Shown piece by piece: positions 1-14,433 of a stretch of DNA of 64,000 nt. How positions within the stretch are numbered: the first letter of the stretch is position 1; each line of letters begins with the position of its first letter. The position numbers and the translations under genes were made by a program. Location of the stretch: positions 24,368,001-24,432,000 of the forward strand of contig NC_087245.1 in NCBI RefSeq assembly GCF_037042905.1. Direction: 5' to 3'. This DNA is from Lytechinus pictus. Lineage: Eukaryota. The notes under the pieces were generated by a model that was given only the letters and a program-made list of their open reading frames with translations, had not been told where the DNA came from and ran no database searches.

Positions 1-351
1 CCTCATTTAATTGTGAACAATAAGTCATTTGTGCATTTGATTCTGCAGTTTTTAAAACGTTTTACCCATTATAGGGGATGCTTTATGATGTGAAATATAC
101 AATATTGGCAAGTGTTGCTTTTAACTGCTTATTTTTTTATTAAAGTACTTACTTGATAATTTCTTTATCAAGTTTTGTTCTCAGAAACAAGGGAGGGGTT
201 GATGTCTCCACTTTTAAAATTGAATCTATAAGATTTCCATGCATACTTATGTTGATTAGTTTGCTTACGCATGAAAATTTTGAGAAAATGAAATTAAAAT
301 CAAACAAACACGCGACCGTTTTATTTTATAACAAAAATATCGTTATTTGTA

Positions 352-421
352 ATACATACATACATACACACACACATATATATATATACATATAGATATA
401 TATATATATATATATATATAA
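352..421. repeat. (TACA)n(CA)n(TA)n compound microsatellite
   Basis: Directly visible in the sequence. Confidence 0.9.
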
Positions 422-2013
422 GACATCAGAAATGCGAAACAAATTCACGAGTAATGCAGTTTTTGAAGTGCCAACAATTAAGTTATATATATATATATAT
501 ATTTGTTCTAAACTGATAGACTATTGCATAATTTTTCAGAATTTTGACCAACATCGCTTATTGTTTCCTTTTTTTTTATTCAGCAGTATTATAGACCCAT
601 GCGTGCGTGTACCATCTAAAAAAATAGTGTCGAAAAAAAAAATGAGATACGGGCTTGAAAAAATAAAAAAACATAATATTGTTCGAACTAGAAATCAGAA
701 AGAGAAATCCTTCAAAATTAATTTTGCCCTATTGATCGTGGGCCTGACAGCCACTGAGCTGAGCCAGAATTCAGATCTGTTGTTGAATAAAATTTGTACT
801 TTACAATTTAATCTGCGGTGAACATGGTGAGCTGTAAATTGATTCTGAGAAGATGTGTGATAATCATGATCGTATAAAAAAAAACATTACAGGTTTTCAA
901 TAGTATTGACATTTCACGTTGTTGATATAGACCTTTATACAAATAAATACCCTCCTTGAAAATAATGTCTATCTTGACGCGACATGTAACTTTCAGAGTT
1001 ATCCTAGGTTTTTGGCGGGTTGTTTTGAACACGGAGGTAAAACGAATGGAGTGACAACGAAAAGCAAGCCAGCTTCCAGTTACTAAAGTAAAAAGAATAC
1101 ACAAGTGTACTGTAGCCTTTGCCGGCGGCCAGTGATACCGCCACTTTCATGAGAAAACTGAAAAGTGATTTGTGTTGAAAATTATATTATAATATTGGGA
1201 ATATTTCCAACTGTATTTCATGTGAAGTCATGACTAAAGATATATCAAAGCCTGTATGTCCTGAAATTGGGCGAAATAATGTACGACGACACTTTCAACA
1301 TTTTGAAAAAAAAAAGTATCCTCACTGGTCAGATATGAGAGGGGAATGAGTATCATTGGTTCTTTCACAAAGGAAGAGGGGGTCATAATTATCAAAAATA
1401 ATTTTAGGGGGCCTTTCAGAAAAATAGATTACAGGGCATCACATACCACTGACAATAAATCTTCCTCCAAAGTGATAATAGCAAAGAAAACAGGCAGGAG
1501 GAATGGGGCCAGCCATATCGGAGAGGATTTGCTTACATCGTTAAAAAGATAGAAAATAGTACACTTATCGCAACATTTTTTTTTTTTTTATTTTTTTTTT
1601 TGGGGGGGGGTCTTTTTCATGCAAATTAAGAGGAAAACATAGCAAAAGGGAAATATTTTGAATAACCTTGAGTATGACATTAAGAGTTTGCGTAATTATG
1701 TAAAGATGAACAAAATTCATGTAGGCCTACGTTTGTATCAAATCATTACAAAATATCTAGGACGTTTTGATATACTAAGAATTGTAACGTAGGTAATTGA
1801 ATTCAGAAAATATCATCAGTAACTCAAATTACTTTGCCTTGAAACATGGGGAAGCAGAAAGTGAAGGGAAACAAGGGCCTCCTACCTGAAGGCAAGGGTC
1901 CGGTATTGTCCGGTATTGTCCATCCTTGCAGACCTCACTTTTGCCTGATCGGCTACTCAAAGAGCAAAAAGCTTGGTGGGTTGTTTATTTTTTTTTTCCG
2001 GGGGAGGGACGCT

Positions 2014-2630
2014 TTAAAGGTCAAGTCCACCCCAGAAAAATATTGATTTGAATAAACAGAGAAAAATCAAACAAGCATTATGCTGAAAATTTCATCAAAA
2101 TCGGATGTAAAATAAGAAAGTTATGACATTTTAAAGTTTCGCTTATTTTTCACAAAACAGTGATATACACAACTCAGTGACATGCATATGAGACAGTCGA
2201 TGATGTCACTCACTCACTATTTCTTTTGTTTTTATTGTTTGAATTGTACAATAATTCATTTTTTTACAGATTTGACAGTAAGGACCAACTTGATTGAACC
2301 ATATACTATTAAACAATGCTAACTGCACATGTTCAGGGAGGAATTAATTGTTGTTTTACACGACAACAGGGAGAAAATTTGAATATTTCACATTTCATAT
2401 AATAAAATAGTATACAAAAGAAATAGTGAGTGAGTGATGTCATCAGTCTCCTCATTTGCATACCGACAAGGATGTGAATATAACTGTTTTGTGAACTAAG
2501 GGAAACTTTGAAATATCACAACTTTCTTATTTTACATCCGATTTTAATGAACTATTTTAAGTGTTTTGCTTGTAAGATTTTTCTCTTTTTATTCGAATCA
2601 ACTTTTTGTTGGGGTGGACTTGACCTTTAA
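2014..2630. mobile_element. Kolobok-like non-autonomous DNA transposon (MITE), family K1
   Basis: TTAA on both sides. Termini AGGTCAAGTCCACCCCA...TGGGGTGGACTTGACCT with long imperfect inverted arms. A second copy lies at 20734-21343. TTAA TSD with RR..YY ends fits Kolobok. Confidence 0.85.
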
Positions 2631-5600
2631 GGAAATAGTAAGTATCTCATCAAACAGACAATGCAAGCGTAAAGTGCGAGTTGCCTTATGATGATAAACT
2701 GACAATTTTGGAGGGGACCGCCTATTATGAAGGTGCTTGAATATGACATTCCCTCCACTTACACCAGGATATATTTAATTCATATATTCATCGTTTAGGA
2801 TCAAATTTTTAATTAAACATAATTCAAAAGTCATTGGAATAAGATTATCATTCACAAATCATGAATTTTAACAATACTCTCGTTATATAGGCAGTTGATA
2901 CAATATACAACAGTATGGCCTTATGTAGATTTGTAGGGCCAAAATTAGAATAATGGTTGCCTATCTATGTATATTACGATGAAAATATTTGTTTATTGCA
3001 TGTTATGTTGAAAAGTGACTATCCTTGTATAAATTTGTTATTTAAATGTGGAAATGAAGTAAAATATAATAATAATAATGTCCTAATTGTTGCGGCGAAA
3101 AATCACAGCGATCGAAAGAACGAGGAATCATGATTCTGGGAAGCGAGGGTGCTGGGGTATTATTGGTTGGTTGGTTGGTTCATTTATTTCTTCTTTCACA
3201 ACATTTGTACATAACATTAGTTAACAACATCATAAAAAATACTTTCTTAAGTACATCGATTGTCGCGCACACTTAAAATTTACAAAGATGAGATCATATT
3301 AAAAAAAAGTATATACATGTATGTCATGAAAGAGGAGAAGACCTTCAAGAGGAGACCTTTTCCATTGGCAGCATCGCCTACCCTGGACATCTATTTTTTA
3401 TGTGTGCCAAATTGGAAAATAAATTCTAAAAGACCTACATTTTATAATGAAACCTTTTTTTCCTGCTTGTCAAAATCATGGGGACCAAAAATGACCTTCG
3501 GTTTGAAACGCAAGTCTTTTTTTTGCCCGTCAAATTCATAAGGACCAAAATGACGTTAATTTTGAAATGTATGGGCCACTCTATGAATTATTTTGCTTCC
3601 AAATAATTATACAGAAATAGATTGAAACACTAAAATGATTATGACGGCTGGTGGCGCTACAGAAATTGTGACTTGTTATTTACGTTTTTGGTGAGTGATG
3701 GCCTCTGATCCACATCGGCGATGAGAATGAGATACACCTCATCTTAATCTTACTTTTTGTTGTATTTGGGAAGTCGTCAGGATTTCTTCAGGAGGATGAT
3801 TAATATTTGAAAATTTCCTCGATTGTCAACCAAGTGGACCACAAAATTATTTGTAAGTTACAGAAAATCCCGGTATTTGTGATGGATTTCAGATTGTTTG
3901 TTTCAGCGCATCGAGGCGAGCAGTGCGATAGCTTGTTTGTACGCCAGCGCACACGGCCACGCAAGCATGTAAATTGTGTGAAGATGAATGGGCTGGAGCA
4001 GCTGATATTCGTGTACGATGAGAATGAAGAATAGTGTGGCTGCTGTGTACATGTGAGGCATGGTCGTGGGTTTGTGCCGTGGCCGTGCATCTTTGAGTTG
4101 TAACTCGTTAGTTTGTGTGTGGTCCCTTGTCGACTTATATTGCGAATGTAACTTGTATTGTAACTGTATAAAGCTCTGTCTCATAAAATGCCTTTATTAA
4201 ATTAATACTACATGGTGTACATCATTTAGTTTTACTCCTTAACTTAACACAAACAGGCCCACATTAAAAGTCAATTTACTTTTTTTAAAGATAGATTAGA
4301 AAAAATAAATCATGTTCATATTTTGATCTACTTTTCATGTTCATAATATCATGAATATTAGGTTTGAAAATTTGCCCTACCAATTGCATGTTGCTGCAAA
4401 TTATCATCATGACCATTATCATCATCCTCATCATCATCATTTTCTCAACTTTGACTTTATCCCCCTCCTCCTCCTCATATTTTATTATTCTCCATCTTCT
4501 GCCTACCCTCCTTCTTTTCTTCAGCCCAGGGAATAATTTTGCTTTAGAAATTTGAATATCATGGTTATATGTATACCCAGTTGTTGTGTGTCCGGACGAT
4601 CAATTTTTGAAAGTCATTTGGAAAAAATTATAAGCGAAGTTTCATCAATTTTTAGTACAAAAATAATGTTAGAAAATAATTATAAAGAACAAAATAGAAG
4701 ATGATTATAAGTATTGAATTCATATTTTTAGTGTAATCCAAAGACAAAAAAGAAGGCTTCAAAAAGATAACTGTCCGGACACCCGAACCCCCCCCCATCC
4801 TACAGTGTAAGATACATGTATGTAAATGCTCTCAACTAAAAAGTAATGTGTAGTCCTATGTAAAAATATGCTAAGAAATTTATGCATAGCAGTCTTTCAG
4901 AAATGTGGAGCAAATCGTGATTCGATACCAGGAAAATTATTCCCTGTTCTTGTTCTTCTCCTTCTTTCGATCATCTTCTTTCATAATCTTCTCTCTCTCA
5001 CTCTTCCTGTTTGTTCTCCTCTTCCTCTTAATCCCTACTGTTTCCTTCTGATCTTCCTCCTTCTCTTTATCAGTTGAGTTCAGTCCTCTTTAATACTAAT
5101 AGTCGCAATGCACAGTAAAAGAATAGGAGAATTAGATAATTTTTTAATCCACCAATGCCTACTTTATTGCATCAGTTTATCTTTTTTGTTGTCTTAAAAT
5201 AATAATCAGGAACATCCATAAATTTGCAATGCAGTCACAGTGGAAAAGAGGAAATATAAAAATTGCCATTTTCACCATCAAAAAATTTGAAACTTCTAGA
5301 TATTCTGTTTGAACCTCCAATTTATTTCTGAAACTTTAAAAATGAAGTGGATCAATGAAACTGAGACTCTGCCTAATTCAACTCTTCATAAGTTGAATAA
5401 ATGCGTTACATTCTCAAAGTGCTCATTATTTCAGACTAGAATATGACAAACATGTGTTGATAATTTACATCTTCTTAATACCGGTAGTCGAATTATCCCT
5501 AATCCAATAAATTTTGTTGGTTGTACTGAGATTTTTTTAAAATGCATACAGTAGTCACCTGTATACTGGCTAATATGAAGAAGAAGAAAGAATGGTCAAA

Positions 5601-7441
5601 GTAAGTGTTAAATGTCCGAAAGGATCGTGTTTATGTACATTTCTGTCAAGCACTAATTATTGAGAAAGAAAGAGAGAGAGCGACCAGGGGGAAGGGGGAT
5701 GGGAGTAAAATAATGCCAATATTATTTTACAACAAAATTTAGGCATGTGCATTACTGGAAAATGTGCTACTACTTTATACCTGGATGCATACATGTCTAC
5801 ACATCCTTTTTTAAGTGAACACAGTGAATATGATGATGTAGTCCTGAAAAAAGTCTAACCCAGTGATGGTGGTTTGTGTGGTATACCTACGTTCAATCCA
5901 TGACCTAATGTATTGGAACTAGGTGATCCATGAGACAAAGTTTTTGGAAACTTCACATTTTCAATGAATTCCAGTAATTTTTTGTTAGTTTTCCCCATTA
6001 TAAACTAAAAGGATTGTGCTACACCTGTACACATCTAGAATTCCGTCAACTGTATTTTGATTGAAAAGGGGAAATGCAAAATATTTAAAAGTGTCACTGT
6101 CCCCTCAGAATGTATACATATAATGCAGTTTGCAATGGGAATATTATGTGCCCTTTTTTAAAAGCCTGTATGAAATCGATCGGTGAAGGTTTTACTTTTG
6201 TGAGATTACTGGAATACCTTCCATTTTATTCTCGCAAAATAGTAATATTTAATCACTGAAATTTTCTACCTGTATCCATTGATTCTTTTTGATGTGATGA
6301 TATTTTAGAGGATATCCTTTTGGCAATGTAAATTATTTATTTTGAAAAGGACCTTTGATTATAGAATACAAGTAACTATAATACCAGAAATGTACTTGAA
6401 TTTGAATGCTTGAGGAAAGGTTGCTTGCAAAAAAATGAAAATAAAAAAATAATAATTGGGGGGGGGTACCAAATAGGTCCATAATGATGTATGAGAGACT
6501 TTGGTTATTTGGTAGCTCTAGACAGAAAATAAGAGGAAGTGTGATTAACATTTGGCAGTGATTTAAAAATACAAGTTTTGGAAATTGGAATGGTTTGATA
6601 TATTTTTTTTAAATAAAAAAAATAGTTGAATGCAAATAAATTTCACCGTTGTTTGTATTTCAAGGAATAAATCTATAAACATCAATTACTTTGAACACAA
6701 CTGATTTGTTTAGTTTTATATTCAGTGCTTTCGGTTTCTTAGTAAAAAAAAAAAGTAGAACCCGTGACCCAGCTACTTTTTGCACTACTGAAGTTGATGC
6801 ATGTGCTACATAAAGTATTGGAATTAGGATAAAAAGGGCTGAAATCATACCATATTTTGTTACTTGGCGACATCTACAGAACTGAAGGCAGACGAGGTGT
6901 TATTATTGATAATGGTTAATACCTCTATCTTGAAGTACAAATTCTGGTGTAAACTGGATTGATCAAATTCCAAGTGCATGAATGCTATGCTTAAGGTACA
7001 GATGTTTATCAGGGCTGTGTTCACACAGTCACCAAGATTTTAATTCAAGGTTCACTCAAAGTTTGTCATGTATTCTATTGTTTGAGTCATTGGCCCATAT
7101 TCTGAAACTCTGGTTTAAATTAATTAAACTCTGGTTTAAACTGGTTTGACATGGAGAGCCAATTGGGGTACGAATATCTATTAAACAGTACACATTCAAT
7201 AAAAAGACACCCAAATTGTTCATAATTGTCTGGGAATGACAAATTAAGTATTTTGAAGTATTTTTCTTCATCATCATGAAAGCAAAATATTAAACATATA
7301 AGATAGAAACATAATTTTTTATTGTTTGACTCCCTATAACTTTAGCACAGAGTTAGACCATGGTCTAAGTTAAACCTGACTTCAGAATATGGCCCATTGT
7401 GTAAATACATGTAAATATGTATGTGGGTTTTACAATGTCCA

Positions 7442-8189
7442 TAAAGGCTTGGTCCTACTGCACTTAAATATGCTTTTCACACTGCACTTTCTCTTAACCC
7501 CAGGAAATTGGTGGGGCTAAGGGGGGGTCTTAGCCCCACCAATTTCCCGGGGTTAAGCTTAGCCCACTTTGTTTTCACACTACGCTTTAGCAAAGTGGGC
7601 TAGCACGGTAAATAGTACGGTACCATCTGGCCCTGCAAAAAAGCAGGGTTAGCCGGCCTATTGTGGTAAGAGATGCAGTGTGAAACGAAACAGGGCTAAG
7701 CAAAAGTGGGGCTAAGCATTAGCCAATCACAGAAGTCGAAATTGCATGTTAATCGCGCTCTGTATGGTAAAATCATCAATATTTATGAGCTGTGTGATTG
7801 CCCGGGGTTAAGGCGTTAACCCCGGCTAAGCAAATAGTACGGTGTTAAGAAAGACAGTGTGAATCGAAAAAAAGATAGTATGGGGTTAGGGATAGTCCGG
7901 GGTTAAGGATAGTATGGGGTTAAGGAAATGCAGTGTGAAAAGCATATTAGGGATTCAGAGAGGATGTAAAACGGAAAAGAATCAGAAAAACGTTATGTAT
8001 CCGTTGTGTACTCTGCATTATAGTATTTTATACGCTCTATATCCATCGAGCATCCATCCACTGTGATATCATTGTTCGCCCAATTTGTCCATTGTCTGGA
8101 GCGGATGGAGCCACCTTGTAATTTTACTCGTCCGCTGTATCTGTTTTGGATATGCTTTGTGTCTGAAGACCAGTGGGACCAGGCCTTTA
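7442..8189. mobile_element. PIF/Harbinger-like MITE (outer element) interrupted by a nested MITE
   Basis: TIRs TAAAGGCTTGGTCCTACTG / CAGTGGGACCAGGCCTTTA (17/19 match). Confidence 0.65.
7468..7947. mobile_element. PIF/Harbinger-like MITE nested in 7442-8189
   Basis: Perfect TIR ATATGCTTTTCACACTGCA / TGCAGTGTGAAAAGCATAT, flanked by TAA/TAG, with internal GGGGTTAAG and CAGTGTGAA repeats. Confidence 0.8.
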
Positions 8190-8503
8190 TCTAGCCTGAT
8201 TCCTTCAAAGATTTGGCATTTGGGGATATGTGAAACCTGAAACACAGGTCTTCATTCCTGCTCACCGTTTCGTGTATTTCTTCAAGTTCGTAAGGCCTAC
8301 ATGTACCTCATGTTATCTTCAAAGTCTGTATGAGGATATCTAGGCGGAGGCTACAGCTTTTTTCATTGCCTTTGAGTTTTGTGCTGTTACAATGTATGTG
8401 GAACGTCAGTAATGTCTGATGCAAGAGACTACTAATAGTGGCTGCTTCATAGCCTTTACACTCCGGTCTTGCATTAGTTGTTGTTTTCTTTGTAAAATCA
8501 ACA

Positions 8504-9117
8504 ATAGAGACTTTTAGGAGCAGTGAACGAGAACGACGTAGCAGTCGTCTGATCGCACGAGTCAACGTCGTCGTCTGCCCTTGTTCACTACAGATGCAAA
8601 TACTTTAGATATCACTCGACTTGTACGTGTACGTACGTCCACGTGAAACAGCGCGATAACCAGTGGGTCATGACACGCTGCCCGACCCGGAAGATCTGGC
8701 GTACCGTCGCCTGGCGACCCGGTCGGGTGATGCGAAGGTGCAACTTGTGCACACTTGCCCTTTCACTTGCTTTGATTCCTTTTTACGCGAGTTAGGATAT
8801 ATATTTTGGAGATCAGAAAGCAATCTCAAATATGATAAACATAATGCACTGTACAACTTACATTAATTTTGTGAAAAGTCACTGAAAACTGTTTTAAAAG
8901 GGAAAGGTTGATCTTCATGCTGGGCTTGAACGGTTAAAATGACGTCACTCACGTGCATGTCGACTATGATTTTGGAGAACCGCAAAATGGATGTGGTGAG
9001 GTTCTCGATTCTGATAGTGGACGTTTGTGAGGACCTGAGGCATATGGAACGGCAAAAAATGACGTCATCTCGTATCAGTCGTCTATGTCGACGTGCATTT
9101 TTAAAAGTGCTCAATGT
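8504..9117. mobile_element. CpG-rich segment, possibly a MITE with degenerate TIRs
   Basis: ATAGAGACTTTTAG at the left versus TTAAAAGTGCTCAAT at the right (weak). Sharp CpG-rich boundaries against AT-rich flanks. Confidence 0.35.
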
Positions 9118-10427
9118 CCGGTGGCAGTTTTCCATAAGAAAAACCTGTACTCCTCAGGCGTGGATCCAAAGTCAGAATGTAAACAGGATGTGAATGTGCC
9201 AGAAAACTTTGACAAGCAAAAAAAACGAAAAAAAAAGAAGCATTTTATGCCTTCTACTGTACATGCTTCATGTGTAATTTTTCAAATTCAGCCCCCCCCC
9301 CCCCCGGCCCTGGCTCCACGCCTGATCCTGGTCGAAAAAAAGAAAGCAAAGGGAAGACCGGGTTGTGTATAGGTGGTGGTTCCTTTCGCAGACTCACAGC
9401 ATTGTCAACTTTTGCATTTTAGCATCAGACTCATAAAAGGCAAAGTCTGTACATTGTTTTGTAGCAAGGAGCTGCTTGATTGTACATGTAGGCAAAAGCT
9501 GCAGTCTCTACATTGATTATAATGTACATACATGTAGGCTAGCTAGGAATCTGAATTTAAGTTTCATTCTGAAATGGTTCTATGACGTTACTGACAGTGC
9601 TCAGGACTGGTACTCACAGTCACTGGTAATGCATGATGAATATCACAGATTGAGTTTGGTCATATGATTTTCTCATTTCTATTACCATTCACTCACAAGA
9701 ATTGTTGCGTTCTGACTCAGCAGGGAGTCACATGGATGGAACAGATTCCACTTCATTCAAATTAGACCAACTTTCTCTTTGGTTTGCCACAAGAAGAGAT
9801 GACTTGTCTTTGCCAGACATGTGTTCATATTTTTACATCATTATTAAAACAATATTCATTTCTTTGTGTTGTGTTTGCAATGTGAAAAAAAATATTTCAT
9901 AAGAGCTACTTAATGTTCTAAAAGTACACTATGACCCATGGGCAGAAATATTATTTGATGGTGATTCTTTTTGTTGTTTTGGGGTTTGTTTTGTTACATG
10001 TATTTTGTGCAGTTTTACTCTGTTTATTTATAATTTGTACATCATTCATTTATAATTTATTAGTAATTTATTTATTTTTATTTATTTTTATTTTTTGAAT
10101 TTCATTATTTTTTATTGCATTTTTTGTTCATTTATTTTTTTATTTTAAAATTGTAAATTATTTATTATTTATTTATTTATTAATTCATTTATTTATTTTT
10201 TGGGAGGGGAGGGTGATGGCTAATTGAATTGCCCTTAACCTCAGCTAGTACATGTACATGTTCACTTTGCATGTACATGTACACCGTGTAGGTCTACATT
10301 TCCTTGTGGTCATTTATTAGTTCAAAATTAGATTCATTTATATTCTAGAGGCTATTATCAAACTGCCAAGAAAGGATGTTTGAATTGATATAAAGTTCAC
10401 ATAAACTAGAAGACCAATGGCTTTAGG

Positions 10428-10596
10428 TAGTCTGCAGGCACAGACCCTGATTGAAACTTTGATGAGCAAGTGTGTCTCGACACAAAGACTAGCACATACA
10501 AAACTTGCTGGAGAGGGCCTTCAGTATGTCACAAGGCATGAGTAGGCTGCACATTCAGACCCTTAACTTGAGTGAAGGGTTTTGCACAGCAGACTA
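10428..10596. mobile_element. AcademH-like MITE (TAG..CTA ends, 9-bp TSD)
   Basis: TAGTCTGC...GCAGACTA, flanked by GGCTTTAGG / GGCTTAAGG (8/9). Second copy at 16989-17149. Confidence 0.7.
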
Positions 10597-11543
10597 GGCT
10601 TAAGGTCTCTTCTGAAGGGGACTGGTTATCCTTTTAAATACTAAAGGGGTCATGGCTCACGCGCACACTGACATGGGTTTTGAACCTGCACTAGATCTAC
10701 TGGATTGCGAGACCTCTGCTCTGCCAAGTGCCAACTGAGTTTAATCGTGTTTGTGACTGGTAGGCCCTGGTACCTTTATAAAGCATTACTGGCAGAATTG
10801 AAATCTATGCAATCATTTGTGAAATGCTGAAAAAAAGTTATATTGGTGAGACCAATATGATAAGTTTTGATACTCAGTGATTGACAAAATAGTGTACACT
10901 GTACAAGCCACCACAAAAAAAAACTGTCATAAAATTCATCATTTGTGTAGACTTTACATGTATTCTTCTATGTACAAAGTATGCACATGTGTATTTGCCT
11001 GTGTGTTCAGTTTTCTTATCAACTGTGTAGTTATTGTTTGCAGGCTATTGTAGAACATTGTAGCTTTCTGCTCTACCCCCAAGAAAAGCAAACAAACACA
11101 AACATAATACAAACAAACAACACCAGAACCCAGAGTGGACTTTCTCTCATTGCTAGGCATACTTGTTATAAAGTACTCCACATTGCTTGCCAGTATGGGT
11201 AGAAAACAGGAGAAAAAAATGAACAATTGTACTTTTTCAATGTTTTTCACAATTTTCTTGTCTACATGTACATGTATGTATGTTAGTGTTGACCTTTGAC
11301 ACCGTTGATTTGAATGCTCTAGTTCACTAGGTAGGGTTGGTTAAAAGAATTCATTTTGTTGTTTTAATGTACAAATTAAAGTGGCCAAAAGAGTACATTT
11401 TCCTTTTTGAAAATATACCTTTCACTACATGTACTACAGTATTCAGTAGGCTCATAAAATGATAAATTTCTAATTGGTCTATTGTTCACTCTTTACCCTC
11501 TTTTGTGCACTTTATTTGGTCTCCTCCTGCATGGTTTACAACC

Positions 11544-11698
11544 CTGGGGCCCGTTGCAAAAAGAGAACTTTGCAATCAATCGCAACTCTAAAAATCATGC
11601 GCAACTTGATTTTCAACCAATCAAAAGTGCGCATTTGGGACTTGCGATGGATTTTTTGGCTTGCGTTTAAACGCAACTCTTTCTGCAACGGGCCCCTG
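11544..11698. mobile_element. Small MITE with CWG target site (PIF/Harbinger-like)
   Basis: CTG-GGGCCCGTTGCA...TGCAACGGGCCC-CTG. Confidence 0.75.
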
Positions 11699-13844
11699 GG
11701 GTCATCTGCTCACCATTTTGTCTAACTTCCAGCTAGGCTACGCCATTCCGTTCAATGCATCCCTTTCTAAAACTAAAACTGATTTATGAACTGTTTGCAT
11801 TTTGGCCAAGTGAAACATGTAGGCATGTACATTTATAGACAAATTGGAAATGAGACCAACTGGGTGTTAGACTGCATGTAAATGAGAATTAGACTTGATA
11901 GACCAAATAGCAAGTAGATTGTAAAATGAGTTTAGTCCAAGTGTTATGGAAGTAGACTAGTTGCTCGTAGACAAAGACCAAGTGAACATATATTTATCAT
12001 CTATTTCTCTGCTCAACTTGTACAGAGTCAGAGTGGGCAGGTGCTGTGTGGGCATGTACATGTAGGCCTTAAGTTGTTTGTGTAAACACATCCTCAGATG
12101 GGATGGAGAGGAAGTGCTTGCTGGGATTGTTGTTTGAATTGATTATTTCCTGTGTGCTGGGTTGTCTTCACCACACACCCAGTTATTGCAGCAATGAAAA
12201 AAAAATGGTTTGTTGAAGACCTCATCATGGTGATGTTTCTACATTGACATGCACTTTTTTGTAAAGCTGAGCACTTTAAATGTTAAAGTTAATGTATGTA
12301 CAACTTTACGCACAACATACATGTGATGTGAACACTAATTTATTGCAAGACTGGTATCTGTTCTTGGTTACCAAAACAGATTCTCCATCACTTTGATTCT
12401 CAGCAGCTATTGTAGCATTAAAAATGAAGTATACAATTTATATCATTTTGTGAATACATGTATACAGTATATATATTTCCCCAAAACCTATGTGTAAGCA
12501 GGCCTGTACTGTCACGTCAAACATTCCAATAAAGTCAAGGATGTGAGATACATACGTGTACGTTATGATTCTACACTTTCATTTTTCATGTTTTCTTGGG
12601 GTTAACACCAATCATCAACATATTTCATGCTTAGTCTACTCTTAGAAATGCAGATTTGATGGAAAAATTTCTGACCTTTTTTTTTTCGTTTTGTTTTATT
12701 GAGCTTGTCCACTATAGACATGATGTGAAAGTATGTGTGATTTTAGTTATCTTGAATTTGCCCAGTATACAGAATTTTAGTTCTTTTAAATCAGGAACAT
12801 AAAATAAAATCCATGGCTCTCGATAATATTCAAGTTTCCGAGAACCCTTAATCACAATCCATCCGCTATTAGACGCCATTGAATCCAGAAAGAAAGGTAT
12901 CCGACGTGGCTCGGCCCTCGTCTAATTGAACTGAATAATGTCTGAATAGTCAGACTACTGCAGAAGATGTTTGTTGCAATCCTGTTTACCATCTTTGGTG
13001 CGAAGTATGGGGTCTGAAGTGAAAAGCTAACCCTCAAGGAGTCCCCCAAGGGTGCTCTCAGTTGAATGTCAGGCTGGATATGGGAGTAAAATCACACAGA
13101 CATTGGGATACAGGTAACCAGTGCAGGCATGACAAAAACACGTTTTGAAGACACAGAGCCCTGATATTGTAGCACCCCTCTTTTTGTAACGTTTAGTTGT
13201 TTTTAATGGACACCTTAATAACAAAAATCAGGGTCTGTGTTGAATCATAGAGCTATTAATAACAATGATGTTATCCTGACAGTATCCACCCATTTCATTT
13301 TGATATGAAAAAGTATTTTATTTTTAACTGTAGACAGGATTTTAACCAAAATCAATTTTCATATTAATACATTATATATTTCATTTCATTCCATCAAAAC
13401 TATAAACAGTGTTTGGGGACATATAACATACAGCATATAGGCCTGTAGACAACTTCAAGAAAAACTAGAAGAGTGAGGGTTATTTGATTGTGAACTAGGA
13501 GAGACTTTAAGAATCTAGAACAAATTGAAGGGATTCTCCACTAAAAAAAACAAGTGAGAAGAAATGATCAATAAAGGTTACTTATAAAGAAATTTTAGTC
13601 TATTTGTTAATAGATAAAAATGAGGACTTTCAGAATGTAATCCAGATCCATAGATTGGACCTAAAATAATCAAGAACCACGGAATGGATACCAGTATTAT
13701 GAATCGAGAATAAGTGATTGGATCCTCAAACAATTTTTTAAAGTCATTGAATGGATTCTAATATTATGAATCTCGAAGCAGTGAATGGAAAATTAATACT
13801 GCAGGAGCCCTTTTGCAGAAAGAGTTGCGATCAAACGCAACTAT

Positions 13845-14199
13845 TAATTGCAGCAAACAATTATTTAATGAGAAAGTCTTTTAAATCAAGGTTAATTTTC
13901 AAAATATTATAATACATCTAGATCTGGTAAACTTATCTTTGTAAAATCATGAATAGCTCAAAATCAATAATTTTGATGATCACTATTAAATACAGAAAAG
14001 CATATGTGGGACAGTGTATCAATATTGCGTCGAAAAATATCAGACACTTGATGGAATTCCGTGCTTATTTTCTCAGTAATTACGCATTTTCTTCCAGAGC
14101 TATTTGGCACATATTTATGCAAACACTTTGGTGGTAATTTCATTGGATTCTGTTCGAACTCATTTTGAGAACGTTACCACAACTGGTATTTATCTTTAA
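13845..14199 (-). mobile_element. Family K2 copy (reverse, partial)
   Basis: Ends CTCATTTTGAGAACGTTACCACAACTGGTATTTATCTTTAA, the reverse complement of the 21843 start. Confidence 0.65.
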
Positions 14200-14433
14200 A
14201 ATAAATCAAACAACTTGATTTTCCACTGATAAATGTAACACACATATTAGAGCTGATATGCATACATGTACCGGTACTTGATTTTTTTTTAGTTGTGATT
14301 AAGGACCCTGATCCATCAAATGGAAATAAAGACCAACACATGTATGATGGCGAAGTTCAAGAGAAATTATGATGAAATGAAGAGGATGAATGAAAATTGC
14401 ATTCATGATCAGAGAGATTGTATAACTTTAAAC

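Noticed and set aside
13380..13800. Possible LINE 3' relics here and at ~48420-48660, and a SINE-like head at ~10670-10740
   Set aside because: Too degraded to support by eye. A RepeatMasker or tBLASTn search is needed.
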